A DNA stretch of 64,000 nucleotides from positions 384,001-448,000 of the forward strand of contig JAXSNR010000002.1 of assembly GCA_037925075.1 (NCBI GenBank), in the 5' to 3' direction. The stretch is from Aquificaceae bacterium (lineage in GTDB: Bacteria; Aquificota; Aquificia; Aquificales; Aquificaceae). Below, one piece after another: positions 12,208 to 22,433 of this stretch (its first letter is position 1; each line of letters starts with the position of its first letter). The position numbers and the translations under genes were made by a program. The notes below the pieces were generated by a model. That model searched no databases and had not been told where the DNA came from. It was given only the letters and a program-made list of their open reading frames with translations.

Positions 12208-14052
12208 ATGCTTTTGGATAGCTTTGATGTGGCGGTTATTGGTGGTGGTCATGCGGGTATAGAGGCTGCTTTGGCATCCTCTCGTATGGGTGCAAAGACC
12301 CTCCTTTTTGTCCTAAATGCGGATACCATAGGCCAGATGTCCTGTAATCCAGCCATAGGAGGTATAGCAAAGGGCATAGTGGTCAGGGAGATAGACGCCT
12401 TAGGTGGTGAAATGGCAAAGGCCATAGACCACACGGGCATACAGTTTAAGATGCTCAACACAAGAAAGGGAAAAGCGGTTTGGTCTCCAAGGGCTCAGGC
12501 GGACAAGAAGCTTTATAGAGAGTACATGAAGAGGGTTTGTGAATCTCAGGAAAACCTCCACATAAAACAGGACGAGGTGGTGGATATTATCACCGAAGAT
12601 AACAAGGTGGTGGCGGTTCGCACCAAGTTAGGGCTTGAGTACAAAGTTAAGGCGGTGGTGGTTGCCACTGGCACCTTTTTAAACGGTCTTATATACATAG
12701 GAGACAAAACCTTCCCCGCAGGTAGGGCTTGGGAGCCTCCTTCTACGAGCCTTGCAGACTTTTACAAAAGGCATGGCTTTCCCCTTTTGAGGTTCAAAAC
12801 GGGCACACCCGCAAGGCTTGACAAAAGGACCATAGATTTTTCCGTGCTTGAGCCAGCACCGGGTGATGACCCGCCACCCAAGTTTTCCTTCTGGACAGAG
12901 CCCGTAGGAAGCTACTGGTTTGAAAAGGGCAAAAGGCAAGCCCTATGCTGGATAACCTACACAACACCAAAAACTCACGAGATAATACGCAAAAACCTCC
13001 ATCGTACAGCTCTGTACGGAGGCCTCATAAAGGGCATAGGACCAAGATACTGCCCATCCATAGAGGACAAGGTGGTAAAGTTTTCCGACAAGGAAAGGCA
13101 TACCATCTTCCTTGAACCAGAAGGTTGGGACACCATAGAGATATACCCAAACGGACTTTCTACCTCCTTGCCAGAAGAAGTTCAATGGGAAATGTACAGG
13201 AGCATTCCGGGGCTTGAAAAGGTGGAGCTGATCCGCCCAGCCTACGCCATAGAGTACGACATGGTGCCACCCACGGAGCTATATCCTACTTTGGAGACCA
13301 AGAAGATAAGGGGCCTTTTCCACGCAGGGAACTTAAACGGTACCACGGGCTACGAGGAGGCAGCAGGGCAAGGGATCCTTGCGGGTATAAACGCCGCCCT
13401 TAGAGCCTTTGGAAAAGAACCCATATACCTCAGAAGAGATGAAAGCTACATAGGCATAATGGTGGATGACCTTGTGACCAAGGGAGTGATGGAACCCTAC
13501 AGGCTCTTTACCTCAAGGTCCGAGTACAGGCTACAGCTAAGGCAAGACAATGCCATACTGAGACTTTCAAAGCTTGGCTATGAGCTTGGGCTTTTGTCTG
13601 AGGAACAGTACAAGCTTGTGAGGGAGCTTCAAGGGGAAATAGAAAACTGGATTGAGTTTTACAAGTCTCAGAAGGTGGCGGTTGCAGTAGGCTCTGACAC
13701 AAAGAGCTACACACCTTCCCAACTTCTCACCGCGGATTACACAATGGAGGACTTAAAAAACTTTGGCTTTAAGGTGCCAGAAAATCCCTACGTAAGGGAA
13801 GAAGTGGAAATCCAGCTAAAGTATGAGCCTTATATAGAGCGTGAGCGGAAACTAAACGAAAGGTTAAGGAAGCTTGAGGGCATAGCCCTCCCGCAGGATA
13901 TGTATTACGACCAAGTGCCCGGTCTTACCAAGGAGGCAAGGGAAAAGCTTAAAAAGTTTAGACCCATCACGGTAGGACAGGCAAGTAGGATAGACGGCAT
14001 AACACCAGCAACCATAACCGCCCTTCTTGCGTACCTTGGCAAGCTGGACTGA
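12208..14052 (+). CDS. mnmG: tRNA uridine-5-carboxymethylaminomethyl modification enzyme
   Basis: GGGHAGIEAA, MSCNPAIGG, GPRYCPSIEDK, PYRLFTSRSEYRL. Confidence 0.98.
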   Translation: MLLDSFDVAVIGGGHAGIEAALASSRMGAKTLLFVLNADTIGQMSCNPAIGGIAKGIVVREIDALGGEMAKAIDHTGIQFKMLNTRKGKAVWSPRAQADKKLYREYMKRVCESQENLHIKQDEVVDIITEDNKVVAVRTKLGLEYKVKAVVVATGTFLNGLIYIGDKTFPAGRAWEPPSTSLADFYKRHGFPLLRFKTGTPARLDKRTIDFSVLEPAPGDDPPPKFSFWTEPVGSYWFEKGKRQALCWITYTTPKTHEIIRKNLHRTALYGGLIKGIGPRYCPSIEDKVVKFSDKERHTIFLEPEGWDTIEIYPNGLSTSLPEEVQWEMYRSIPGLEKVELIRPAYAIEYDMVPPTELYPTLETKKIRGLFHAGNLNGTTGYEEAAGQGILAGINAALRAFGKEPIYLRRDESYIGIMVDDLVTKGVMEPYRLFTSRSEYRLQLRQDNAILRLSKLGYELGLLSEEQYKLVRELQGEIENWIEFYKSQKVAVAVGSDTKSYTPSQLLTADYTMEDLKNFGFKVPENPYVREEVEIQLKYEPYIERERKLNERLRKLEGIALPQDMYYDQVPGLTKEAREKLKKFRPITVGQASRIDGITPATITALLAYLGKLD

Positions 14053-14067
14053 TTTAAAATATTTTTC

Positions 14068-14382
14068 ATGTATGGCTACTATGTGGTTTTCATCACCGTG
14101 CCCGTGGAGAAGGCTCAGGAGATTGCCAACTACATAGTAGAGAAAAAACTCGGTGCCTGTGTAAATGTGGTGCAAGAAGTAAGCTCCATATACTGGTGGA
14201 AGGGAAGCATAGAAAGGGACAGGGAAAGCCTTTTGGTGGTAAAAACCTCAGGAAAGAAGTTTGAAGACCTACTGAAGGGTGTCAAATCTGTACATCCCTA
14301 CACGGTTCCAGAGATAATAGCCCTTCCTATAGTGGCGGGCAATGAAGATTACCTTAGGTGGATAGATGACTCCCTTGGGTGA
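14068..14382 (+). CDS. cutA: Divalent-cation tolerance protein CutA
   Basis: GACVN, SIYWWKG, HPYTVPEII. Confidence 0.95.
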   Translation: MYGYYVVFITVPVEKAQEIANYIVEKKLGACVNVVQEVSSIYWWKGSIERDRESLLVVKTSGKKFEDLLKGVKSVHPYTVPEIIALPIVAGNEDYLRWIDDSLG

Positions 14383-14426
14383 GTTCTCTCATAGCCCCTT
14401 AGCTTGTTTAAATCTATATTTTCCTC

Positions 14427-15311
14427 ATGGTATGCAAGCATGAGCATGAATTTTATACACCCAGCACCAAGGCTCAAAAGAGGGTCCTTGTAGTTTTCCT
14501 TATTACCCTTTTCACCATGCTTTTGGAGATTTTTGCAGGCTACGTGTTTAACTCCGTTGCCCTTCTTGCGGATGGTATTCATATGTCCACTCACGCCCTT
14601 GCCTTTGCCATAGCCTACTTGGCTTACTTTTTTGCCAAAAGGTGGGCAAGAGAAGGTGGTTTTACCTTTGGCACATGGAAGGTGGAAGTGCTGGGGGCTT
14701 ATACAAGTTCCATTCTGCTTTTCTTCCTGTCCTTTCTCATATTGGAGGAGATAGTCTACAAGTTTCTAAAAGGTGGGGAAACTAAGTATGATGAGGCATT
14801 GCTTGTGGCTGTGGTGGGTCTTGGGGTAAACCTTTTAAGTGCTTACATACTGCAAGGTCATCATGAGCATGAACACCACCACGACCTGAACTTAAAGGGT
14901 GCTTACCTGCATGTACTTGCGGACGCCCTTACCTCTGTGCTTGCCATCGGTGGTTTGCTTGCAGGGAAGTATTTAGGTCTTTGGTTTATGGACCCTCTCA
15001 TGGGACTTTTTGGTTTTGTGCTAATAGTCAAATGGTCTTTGGGACTTATGAGAGAGACAGCACCCATACTCCTTGACAGGGAGGGGAAAAACCCCCTCGT
15101 GAAAGAGATAATAAGAGCTCTTGAGGAAGAGGGTAAGGGTAGGGTCTACGACCTACATCTTCTCAAGATTTATGGCAACAGGTATGCCTGCATAGTAGGG
15201 CTTGAGACCTTTGAAGATTACAACCTTGAGCACTACCACAGAATAATCTCCCGCTTTGAGGAAGTAGCCCACACCACCATAGAACTCAGGAGATGTACAG
15301 ATAGAAGATAA
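14427..15311 (+). CDS. CDF-family Co/Ni/Zn efflux transporter (DmeF-like)
   Basis: LLADGIHMSTH, His-rich loop HHEHEHHH, NLKGAYLHVLADALTS. Confidence 0.9.
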   Translation: MVCKHEHEFYTPSTKAQKRVLVVFLITLFTMLLEIFAGYVFNSVALLADGIHMSTHALAFAIAYLAYFFAKRWAREGGFTFGTWKVEVLGAYTSSILLFFLSFLILEEIVYKFLKGGETKYDEALLVAVVGLGVNLLSAYILQGHHEHEHHHDLNLKGAYLHVLADALTSVLAIGGLLAGKYLGLWFMDPLMGLFGFVLIVKWSLGLMRETAPILLDREGKNPLVKEIIRALEEEGKGRVYDLHLLKIYGNRYACIVGLETFEDYNLEHYHRIISRFEEVAHTTIELRRCTDRR

Positions 15312-15326
15312 ACAATTTTACAATTT

Positions 15327-15342
15327 TGTAAACATTTCTACA
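15327..15342 (+). promoter_or_regulatory. Putative enhancer (NifA-type TGT-N10-ACA) for the glnB sigma54 promoter
   Basis: TGTAAACATTTCTACA, overlapping a TTTACA-N4-TGTAAA dyad, about 65-80 bp upstream of the -24 box. Confidence 0.5.
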
Positions 15343-15384
15343 TAAACTTCAAATACCTACCTTTTTAAAAGATAGTAAAATTAA

Positions 15385-15783
<399 letters not shown>

Positions 15784-15807
15784 AAAATCTTATAAAGGAG
15801 GTTCAAG

Positions 15808-17217
15808 ATGCCAAAGTATACGCCAGAAGAGGTGCTAAGCCTCATTGAGCAGGAAGGGGTCCAGTATGTGGACCTGCGTTTTTCCGACCTTTTTGGTCAG
15901 TGGCAACACCTTACCATACCAGCCTACGAGCTGTCTTTGGATACCTTTGAAGAGGGTAGAGGCTTTGATGGTTCTTCCATAAGAGGTTGGCAGTCCATTC
16001 ACGAATCGGACATGCTTGCCTTTCCAGACCCTACCACAGCCTTTATAGACCCCTTTATGGAGCCCAAGACTTTGGTTATGATATGCGATATCTGTGACCC
16101 TATAACAAGGGAACGGTACGGTAGGGACACACGCTACATAGCCCAGAAGGCGGAGCAATACCTAAAACAGACAGGCATAGGAGACACTGCCTATTATGGA
16201 CCTGAGGCGGAGTTTTTCATCTTTGACTCTGTGGAGTTTGGCACATCCTCAAACTATGCCTTTTGGAGGGTAGACTCAGAAGAAGGCTGGTGGAATAGAG
16301 AGGTAACCTCTTCCGGATACAAGATACCCAACAAAAGGGGATACTTTCCAGTGCCACCTTTGGACAGGACCCACGACCTAAGGAATGAGATGGTTTCCAT
16401 CATGTCCCAGCTTGGTATTGTGGTGGAGCTACACCACCATGAAGTTGCCACCGCAGGGCAGGGAGAAATAGACATTCGTTATGACTCTTTACTAACCCAA
16501 GCGGATAAGCTCTTTCTTTACAAGTATGTGGTGCGTATGGTGGCTTACAAGCATGGAAAGTATGCAACCTTTATGCCCAAGGTCCTACCCAACGACAATG
16601 GCTCAGGTATGCACACACACTTCTCCATATGGAAAGAGGGACAAAACCTCTTTGCAGGTTCAGGGTATGCGGGAGTTTCTGATATATGCCTTTATTCCAT
16701 TGGTGGTATTCTCAAGCACGGTCCCGCACTAACCGCCTTTACAAACCCAACCATCAACTCCTACCACAGGCTTGTGCCGGGCTTTGAGGCGCCCGTAAGG
16801 CTTGCCTACTCCGCCAGAAACAGGTCTGCATCCATAAGGATACCCATGTACTCCCAGTCTCCAAAGGCTAAAAGGATAGAGATTCGCTTCCCAGACCCAA
16901 CTTGCAACCCATACCTTGCCTTTTCCGCCATCCTTATGGCCGCCATAGACGGCATAGAAAACCGCATACACCCAGGAGAGCCCTTTGACAAGGACATTTA
17001 CTCCCTACCACCAGAAGAGTTAAAGGACATACCACAGCTTCCCGGCTCCTTGGAAGAAGCCCTCAAAGCCCTTGAAAACGACTACGAATTCCTACTCAAA
17101 GGTGGTGTATTTACGGAGGACCTCATAGAAACATGGATAAGCTCCAAGAAAAAGGAGATTGACGAGATGAGGTTTATACCCCATCCTAAGGAGTTTGAAC
17201 TTTACTTTGATATTTAA
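15808..17217 (+). CDS. glnA: Glutamine synthetase type I
   Basis: FDGSSIRG, HHHEVA, DNGSGMHTH, RLVPGFEAP. Confidence 0.98.
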   Translation: MPKYTPEEVLSLIEQEGVQYVDLRFSDLFGQWQHLTIPAYELSLDTFEEGRGFDGSSIRGWQSIHESDMLAFPDPTTAFIDPFMEPKTLVMICDICDPITRERYGRDTRYIAQKAEQYLKQTGIGDTAYYGPEAEFFIFDSVEFGTSSNYAFWRVDSEEGWWNREVTSSGYKIPNKRGYFPVPPLDRTHDLRNEMVSIMSQLGIVVELHHHEVATAGQGEIDIRYDSLLTQADKLFLYKYVVRMVAYKHGKYATFMPKVLPNDNGSGMHTHFSIWKEGQNLFAGSGYAGVSDICLYSIGGILKHGPALTAFTNPTINSYHRLVPGFEAPVRLAYSARNRSASIRIPMYSQSPKAKRIEIRFPDPTCNPYLAFSAILMAAIDGIENRIHPGEPFDKDIYSLPPEELKDIPQLPGSLEEALKALENDYEFLLKGGVFTEDLIETWISSKKKEIDEMRFIPHPKEFELYFDI

Positions 17218-17225
17218 TTAAAAAA

Positions 17226-17248
17226 AGCCCCGCCCCTTAAACGGGGCT
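17226..17248. terminator. GC-rich hairpin between glnA and amtB
   Basis: AGCCCCG-N9-CGGGGCT preceded by an A tract; the U tract exists only on the minus strand, so on + it may be an mRNA-stabilising stem. Confidence 0.55.
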
Positions 17249-17262
17249 AAGGAGGAGATAGA

Positions 17263-18543
17263 ATGCATAAGATACTAAGTATTATAACACTGCTATCGGT
17301 CAGTTTTGCCTTTGCACAGGAGGAAAAAGCACCAAAGTTAGACAGTGGCGACACCGCCTGGATGTTAATTTCCACCGCACTTGTCATGCTTATGACCCTT
17401 CCCGGCCTTGCCCTTTTCTACGGTGGTATGGCAAAGAAGAAGGATAGCCTTAACACCATAGCCATGTCCTTTGTCGCTTACGCTATAACTTCTATTCTGT
17501 GGATAATTTACGGCTACAGCCTTGCTTTTGGTTCAGATATGGGTGGTATCATAGGTAGCCCTTCTAAGGTCCTACTCTATGGGGTTGATGCCAAAAGTTT
17601 TCAGGGCACAATACCTGAGCTTCTTTTTGTTGTATTCCAGCTAACCTTTGCGGCAATTACTGCGGCTTTGATAAGTGGCTCCTTTATAGAAAGGCTTAAG
17701 TTCTCCGCATGGGTTCTTTTTGTGATCCTATGGGTTAGCCTTGTGTATGTGCCAGTGGCTCATTGGGTGTGGGGTGGTGGTTTCCTTGCCAAGCTTGGAG
17801 CCTTGGACTTTGCTGGTGGCACCGTTGTTCACATAAACGCAGGCATAGCTGGCCTTGTGGGAGCTCTTATACTTGGAAAAAGAAAAGATGCTACCCTTTT
17901 GCCAAGCAATCTAACGCTTGTTGTCCTTGGAGCTGGTCTTTTGTGGTTTGGGTGGTTTGGCTTTAATGCGGGTTCAGCCCTTGCTTCAAACGCTCTGGCA
18001 TCCGTAGCCCTTATAAACACAAACACCGCAACCGCAATGGCTTCCCTTGCTTGGATGTTCACCGAATGGATCCATAGGAAAAAGCCTACGGTTCTTGGTC
18101 TTGCTTCTGGAGCTATCGCTGGGCTTGTGGCCATAACGCCCGCGGCGGGCTTTGTAAACATAGTGGGTGCTTTGATAATAGGCTTAATAGCCGGCATAGT
18201 GCCTTACTTTATGGTTGCGGTTGTTAAAGAAAAACTCGGATACGATGATGCTCTTGATGTGTTTGGCATACATGGTATAGCAGGGATTATAGGAGCAATG
18301 CTTACAGGTATTTTTGCAGACCCATCCATAAACGAGGCAGGTAAGGGCTTGCTTTATGGAAACCCCTCGCAGGTTCTCATCCAAGCGGTAGCTGTTGCAA
18401 TAACCATAGTGTACGATGCTGTGGCAACCTTTGTAATTTTCCTTGTGATAAAGGCCCTTGTAGGCTTGAAGGTTGCGGAAGACGAAGAAATTGTTGGGCT
18501 TGACAGGTCCCAACATGGCGAAAGTGCCTACAACATCTCATAA
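17263..18543 (+). CDS. amtB: Ammonium transporter
   Basis: [32 protein letters not shown]. Confidence 0.97.
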   Translation: MHKILSIITLLSVSFAFAQEEKAPKLDSGDTAWMLISTALVMLMTLPGLALFYGGMAKKKDSLNTIAMSFVAYAITSILWIIYGYSLAFGSDMGGIIGSPSKVLLYGVDAKSFQGTIPELLFVVFQLTFAAITAALISGSFIERLKFSAWVLFVILWVSLVYVPVAHWVWGGGFLAKLGALDFAGGTVVHINAGIAGLVGALILGKRKDATLLPSNLTLVVLGAGLLWFGWFGFNAGSALASNALASVALINTNTATAMASLAWMFTEWIHRKKPTVLGLASGAIAGLVAITPAAGFVNIVGALIIGLIAGIVPYFMVAVVKEKLGYDDALDVFGIHGIAGIIGAMLTGIFADPSINEAGKGLLYGNPSQVLIQAVAVAITIVYDAVATFVIFLVIKALVGLKVAEDEEIVGLDRSQHGESAYNIS

Positions 18544-18549
18544 GGAGGT

Positions 18550-19611
18550 ATGGACATGAAGAGATTGTTTTTATTCACCTCGCTGCTTGGAGCTTTTAGT
18601 TTTTCTCATGCCCTTGAGCTAAAGGCAGGCTTTCTTGGAACCCTTAAGGTTAGTGGAGCATTGACTGGCTACATACTCCACAGCAATAACACCTCTGACA
18701 GCAAAAAGACTCGTTACGATGTGGGTTCAGCCCTCATAAACCTTTCTAAACCTGCGGAGCCCTTTGGCTTTACCCTAATAGGTGGTGCCTACGCATTTCC
18801 TGTGGTGGGAGCTGGGCTTTTAAAGACCTCGGACACCACAGACCTCTTTAGTGCTCTCCCAGTTGCCTATGTGGAATACGTTCCCGTAAAGGAACTTTCT
18901 ATTCAAGCGGGTAAGCTTCCCACCCTAATAGGCTATGAGTCCGCCTTTACTTATCTTAACTATTACATACAAAGAGGTCTTGTATGGAACATGCAACCCG
19001 TTATAAACAACGGCGTAAGGCTAACTTATACCACAGACCTTTTTACAGTCAAAGCGGGCATAAACGACGGCTTTTATACCCTTAGCACAAGCCATCCAAA
19101 GCCAGCCTTTGAAGGAAGCATAGCAATAACACCCATCAAAGGGGCATCCCTTTCCCTTAACCTTATAATTCCAGACAAAAGCTCAAGGCCAAACAAAACT
19201 GCATTCCCCGCCAACAAAAGGGAGTTTAACGCCATCATTAGCTACACTTACGAAAGGCTTTCCTTTGGAATGGACCTTATGTATGTGGAGGCTCCAAGGG
19301 ATGCGGTCGCTCAGGTGCCAGAAAAGGCAAAGGCAACCGGTGGCTGTATCCATCTGTCCTATCATCTAAAACCCATTACCCTGTCTGGAAGGATAGAGTA
19401 CGTTAAGGATAACTCCGACGCTGGTGGAATTGACCTTGTAGGGCTTGGCGATGGAAACAGGGGATGGACTTTTACCATAACACCCTCTTACAGTAATGGT
19501 CCTTTGTTCTTAAGAGGGGAAGTTTCCCATGTGGAGGCGGACAATCCCTTTACCCAAAACAGCAAAAAGAGCCAAACAAGGTTTGGAGTTGAGGTGGGTT
19601 TTGTCTTTTAG
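18550..19611 (+). CDS. Outer-membrane beta-barrel porin
   Basis: Signal peptide, alternating beta strands, C-terminal Phe (VEVGFVF), GKLPTLIGYE motif. Confidence 0.75.
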   Translation: MDMKRLFLFTSLLGAFSFSHALELKAGFLGTLKVSGALTGYILHSNNTSDSKKTRYDVGSALINLSKPAEPFGFTLIGGAYAFPVVGAGLLKTSDTTDLFSALPVAYVEYVPVKELSIQAGKLPTLIGYESAFTYLNYYIQRGLVWNMQPVINNGVRLTYTTDLFTVKAGINDGFYTLSTSHPKPAFEGSIAITPIKGASLSLNLIIPDKSSRPNKTAFPANKREFNAIISYTYERLSFGMDLMYVEAPRDAVAQVPEKAKATGGCIHLSYHLKPITLSGRIEYVKDNSDAGGIDLVGLGDGNRGWTFTITPSYSNGPLFLRGEVSHVEADNPFTQNSKKSQTRFGVEVGFVF

Positions 19612-19626
19612 CTAAAGAGGGATATT

Positions 19627-20298
19627 ATGAAAGCTTTGGCGATAAGACATATGAGGATAGAGCATCTTGGAATACTTGAGCCTATTTTGAAAGGGATTGG
19701 CTTTGATGTGGAGTATATGGACACCGCTGAAGGTATGCTTTTAAGGAGATCTCTTGAAGATTACTCCCTTTTTGTAGTCCTCGGTGGATACATGGGTGCA
19801 TACGAAGAAGAGAAGTACCCCTTTCTATCCTACGAATACAAGCTTATGGAAGAGGTTCTCAAAAGGGACATGCCCCTTTTGGGCATATGCCTTGGTGCTC
19901 AGATGCTTGCTAAGGTGCTTGGTGCAAGGGTATACAAGGGCAAAAAGGGCAAGGAAATAGGTTGGATGGAGGTTTATAAGGTGGGTGAGCATGACTACTT
20001 TAAGGACTTTCCAGAAAGGCTTACGGTCTTTCAGTGGCATGGAGATACCTTTGACCTTCCAATTGGTGCCATAAGGGTCTATTCTTCTGAAAGATACGAA
20101 AATCAGGCTTTTGTCTTTAAAAGGGCTGTGGGTTTGCAATTTCACATAGAAGTGGACCAAAGCATGGTAAAAGAATGGGCAAGTGCTTATAAGGATGAGC
20201 TAACACAAGAAAACACAAATCTTCAGTTGCCCGCGGAGATGATAATTCACAAAAATAGGCTTTTGGTCAATTCCTTGACAAGCAAGCTTTTGGGGTAG
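19627..20298 (+). CDS. Class I glutamine amidotransferase
   Basis: GICLGAQ nucleophile elbow, QWHGD, QFHIE. Confidence 0.92.
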   Translation: MKALAIRHMRIEHLGILEPILKGIGFDVEYMDTAEGMLLRRSLEDYSLFVVLGGYMGAYEEEKYPFLSYEYKLMEEVLKRDMPLLGICLGAQMLAKVLGARVYKGKKGKEIGWMEVYKVGEHDYFKDFPERLTVFQWHGDTFDLPIGAIRVYSSERYENQAFVFKRAVGLQFHIEVDQSMVKEWASAYKDELTQENTNLQLPAEMIIHKNRLLVNSLTSKLLG

Positions 20299-20308
20299 AA
20301 TATTTACC

Positions 20309-20602
20309 ATGAAAAAGCTTTTCCTTATGAACATAGCCATGTTTATGGCCTTTGGTTGCCATCAGGCGGTAAAGGGTCAAGGGGAAAACACATGGTACCA
20401 TGTGGCTTCCTGCGAAAGGATTAAAACACGGCTTGCACCCACCGTTTGCGGCAAGTGTAGGCTAAAACAGGAAGAGGACAAGCTCCTTGTCATACCCGCC
20501 CAAGACTGTCCAGCTTACGAGACTTACAGATGCACTACAAAGGAGGGTAAAACCTTTCTTATAAACACTCTTGGCTGTAAGCCCTACGAAGACAAAAGGT
20601 GA
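20309..20602 (+). CDS. Small Cys-rich putative lipoprotein
   Basis: Signal peptide ending AFGC; six further Cys; stop overlaps the arsB start. Confidence 0.6.
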   Translation: MKKLFLMNIAMFMAFGCHQAVKGQGENTWYHVASCERIKTRLAPTVCGKCRLKQEEDKLLVIPAQDCPAYETYRCTTKEGKTFLINTLGCKPYEDKR

Positions 20603-21915
20603 TAGAAAAATTCCTCGCTCCAGCGGTTTTTTTACTTACCCTCCTTCTTGTTCTAACAAGACCCAAAGGGCTCGGAATAGGATGGTCCGCATGGATAGGT
20701 GCCCTCCTTGCCATGGCTTTGGGTCTTATAAGCCTCGGAGATGTGCTTTATATTGCAAGCCTTGTTTGGGATGCAACCCTTGCCTTTGTGTTTCTTATTT
20801 TTATATCCATCGTACTTGACAAGGCTGGCTTTTTTGAATGGTTTGCCCTAAGGGCTATAGAGTTGGGTAGAGGGAGAGGCATTTACCTTTTTGTTTCCTT
20901 GATGCTACTTGGTGCCTTTATATCCGCCCTCTTTGCCAACGACGGCTCCGCCCTTATGCTAACCCCCATCATATATTCCAAGATAAAGTACCTAAAACTT
21001 CCCAAAAGACATGTGCTACCCTACATCATGGGAGCGGGCTTTATCTCTGACACCGCAAGCTTGCCCTTGGTTATATCAAACCTAACAAACATAATAACCG
21101 CCCACTACTTTGGCATAGGCTTTTGGAACTACACCCTTTATATGTTTTTCCCAAACCTTGTTTCCGTGCTTTTGAGCCTTCTTGTCCTTTACCTTTTTTA
21201 CCGAAAGGACCTTATAAAAACTTACGAACCTGAACTGATTTTGAACATCCCAGCCCACCATGCGATAAAAGACAGGTTTGTCTTCAAGGTTGGCTTTTTG
21301 GTAATGGTGGTGCTTGGGTTTGTCCTTTTTGTGCTTGAGCTTTTGGGTCTTAAGGTTCCCATTTCCCTTGTTTTGGGTCTTTGTTCCCTTGTGCTATCTC
21401 TTGCCACCTTCAAAAACAGGGTGGTCAATTCAAGGGAAGTTTTTGCCTTTGCTCCTTGGAACATAGTTTTTTTCTCCGTTGGTATGTATGCGGTGGTTTA
21501 TTCTCTAAAAAGGGCTGGCTATACGAATAGCCTCACATGGCTTATAAATAAGTTTTTAGATCACGGAGAACTGCCCGCCATAGTGGGTGTGGGACTGACT
21601 TCAGCCCTTCTTTCTGCGGTAATGAACAACCTGCCCACCGTCATGACGGTAAACATAGCCATAGGTGAGTTGGGGGTTGAGCCACGGATGGCTGAGTTCC
21701 TTGCCCTTGCAAACCTTGTGGGAACCAACATAGGACCAAAGCTAACACCCATAGGCTCTTTGGCAACGCTTTTGTGGCTTTATCTTCTTCAACATAAGGG
21801 TATAAACATAGATTGGGTTTACTACATAAGGGTGGGCTTTGCCCTTACCCTTCCCGTGCTTTTGGGAACGCTTTTAGCCTTGTGGCTCTCTTTTAAACTG
21901 TTTGCACTTTTATAG
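20599..21915 (+). CDS. arsB: Arsenite efflux pump ArsB family
   Basis: LFANDGSAL, DTASLPLVISNLTNI, MNNLPTV, GPKLTPIGSLATLLW. Confidence 0.9.
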   Translation: MIEKFLAPAVFLLTLLLVLTRPKGLGIGWSAWIGALLAMALGLISLGDVLYIASLVWDATLAFVFLIFISIVLDKAGFFEWFALRAIELGRGRGIYLFVSLMLLGAFISALFANDGSALMLTPIIYSKIKYLKLPKRHVLPYIMGAGFISDTASLPLVISNLTNIITAHYFGIGFWNYTLYMFFPNLVSVLLSLLVLYLFYRKDLIKTYEPELILNIPAHHAIKDRFVFKVGFLVMVVLGFVLFVLELLGLKVPISLVLGLCSLVLSLATFKNRVVNSREVFAFAPWNIVFFSVGMYAVVYSLKRAGYTNSLTWLINKFLDHGELPAIVGVGLTSALLSAVMNNLPTVMTVNIAIGELGVEPRMAEFLALANLVGTNIGPKLTPIGSLATLLWLYLLQHKGINIDWVYYIRVGFALTLPVLLGTLLALWLSFKLFALL

Positions 21916-21944
21916 AATAGGGCAAGGGCTTAGCCCGGTAAAAT

Positions 21945-22340
21945 TCAGATTTTAAGCAAAATACTTCGCAACTCGTTAACCTCGGACTTACCTATCAGAC
22001 CTCGCTCGTGCACCTGCTTATCAACCCTTACAGGCTCAAGGGTGGAGATGATGTAATCCATTGCCTTGTAAGCCTTTGATGGGTCTCCGCAGGTGTATAC
22101 GTCAATGGTCGCAAGACCATGCTCTGGCCATGTATGGATGGAAATATGGGACTCGGCCAGAAGCACCACGCCGGTGGCACCGTGTGGCTGGAACTGATAG
22201 TAGTGAGAAGAGATTTTTGTGAGGTCTGCAACTTTGACGGCGCTCTCAAGGAGCTGACGCACATCCTCCACCCTGTCAATAAGGTCAGGGTGGACCCCAT
22301 ACAGGTCTGCTAGGATATGCAGTCCGAGGGCTTTGACCAT
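21945..22340 (-). CDS. speD: S-adenosylmethionine decarboxylase proenzyme (class 1B)
   Basis: LAESHISIHTWPE cleavage motif, DVYTCG; ATG at 22340 with AAGGAGGAG SD. Confidence 0.96.
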   Translation of the reverse strand: MVKALGLHILADLYGVHPDLIDRVEDVRQLLESAVKVADLTKISSHYYQFQPHGATGVVLLAESHISIHTWPEHGLATIDVYTCGDPSKAYKAMDYIISTLEPVRVDKQVHERGLIGKSEVNELRSILLKI

Positions 22341-22387
22341 TTGCACTCCTCCTTGTCAAGTTTTTGTAGCAGTTTAAACTGCCTCAT
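22310..22387 (-). CDS. Putative leader peptide/uORF overlapping the speD start (MRQFKLLQKLDKEECKWSKPSDCIS)
   Basis: AAAAAGGAGG SD 8 nt before ATG 22387; open for 25 codons to TAG at 22312-22310, out of frame with speD. Confidence 0.5.
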   Translation of the reverse strand: MRQFKLLQKLDKEECKWSKPSDCIS

Positions 22388-22433
22388 AGCAAAAACCTCC
22401 TTTTTAACAGAAGGCTAAATTATAATACTTTTT

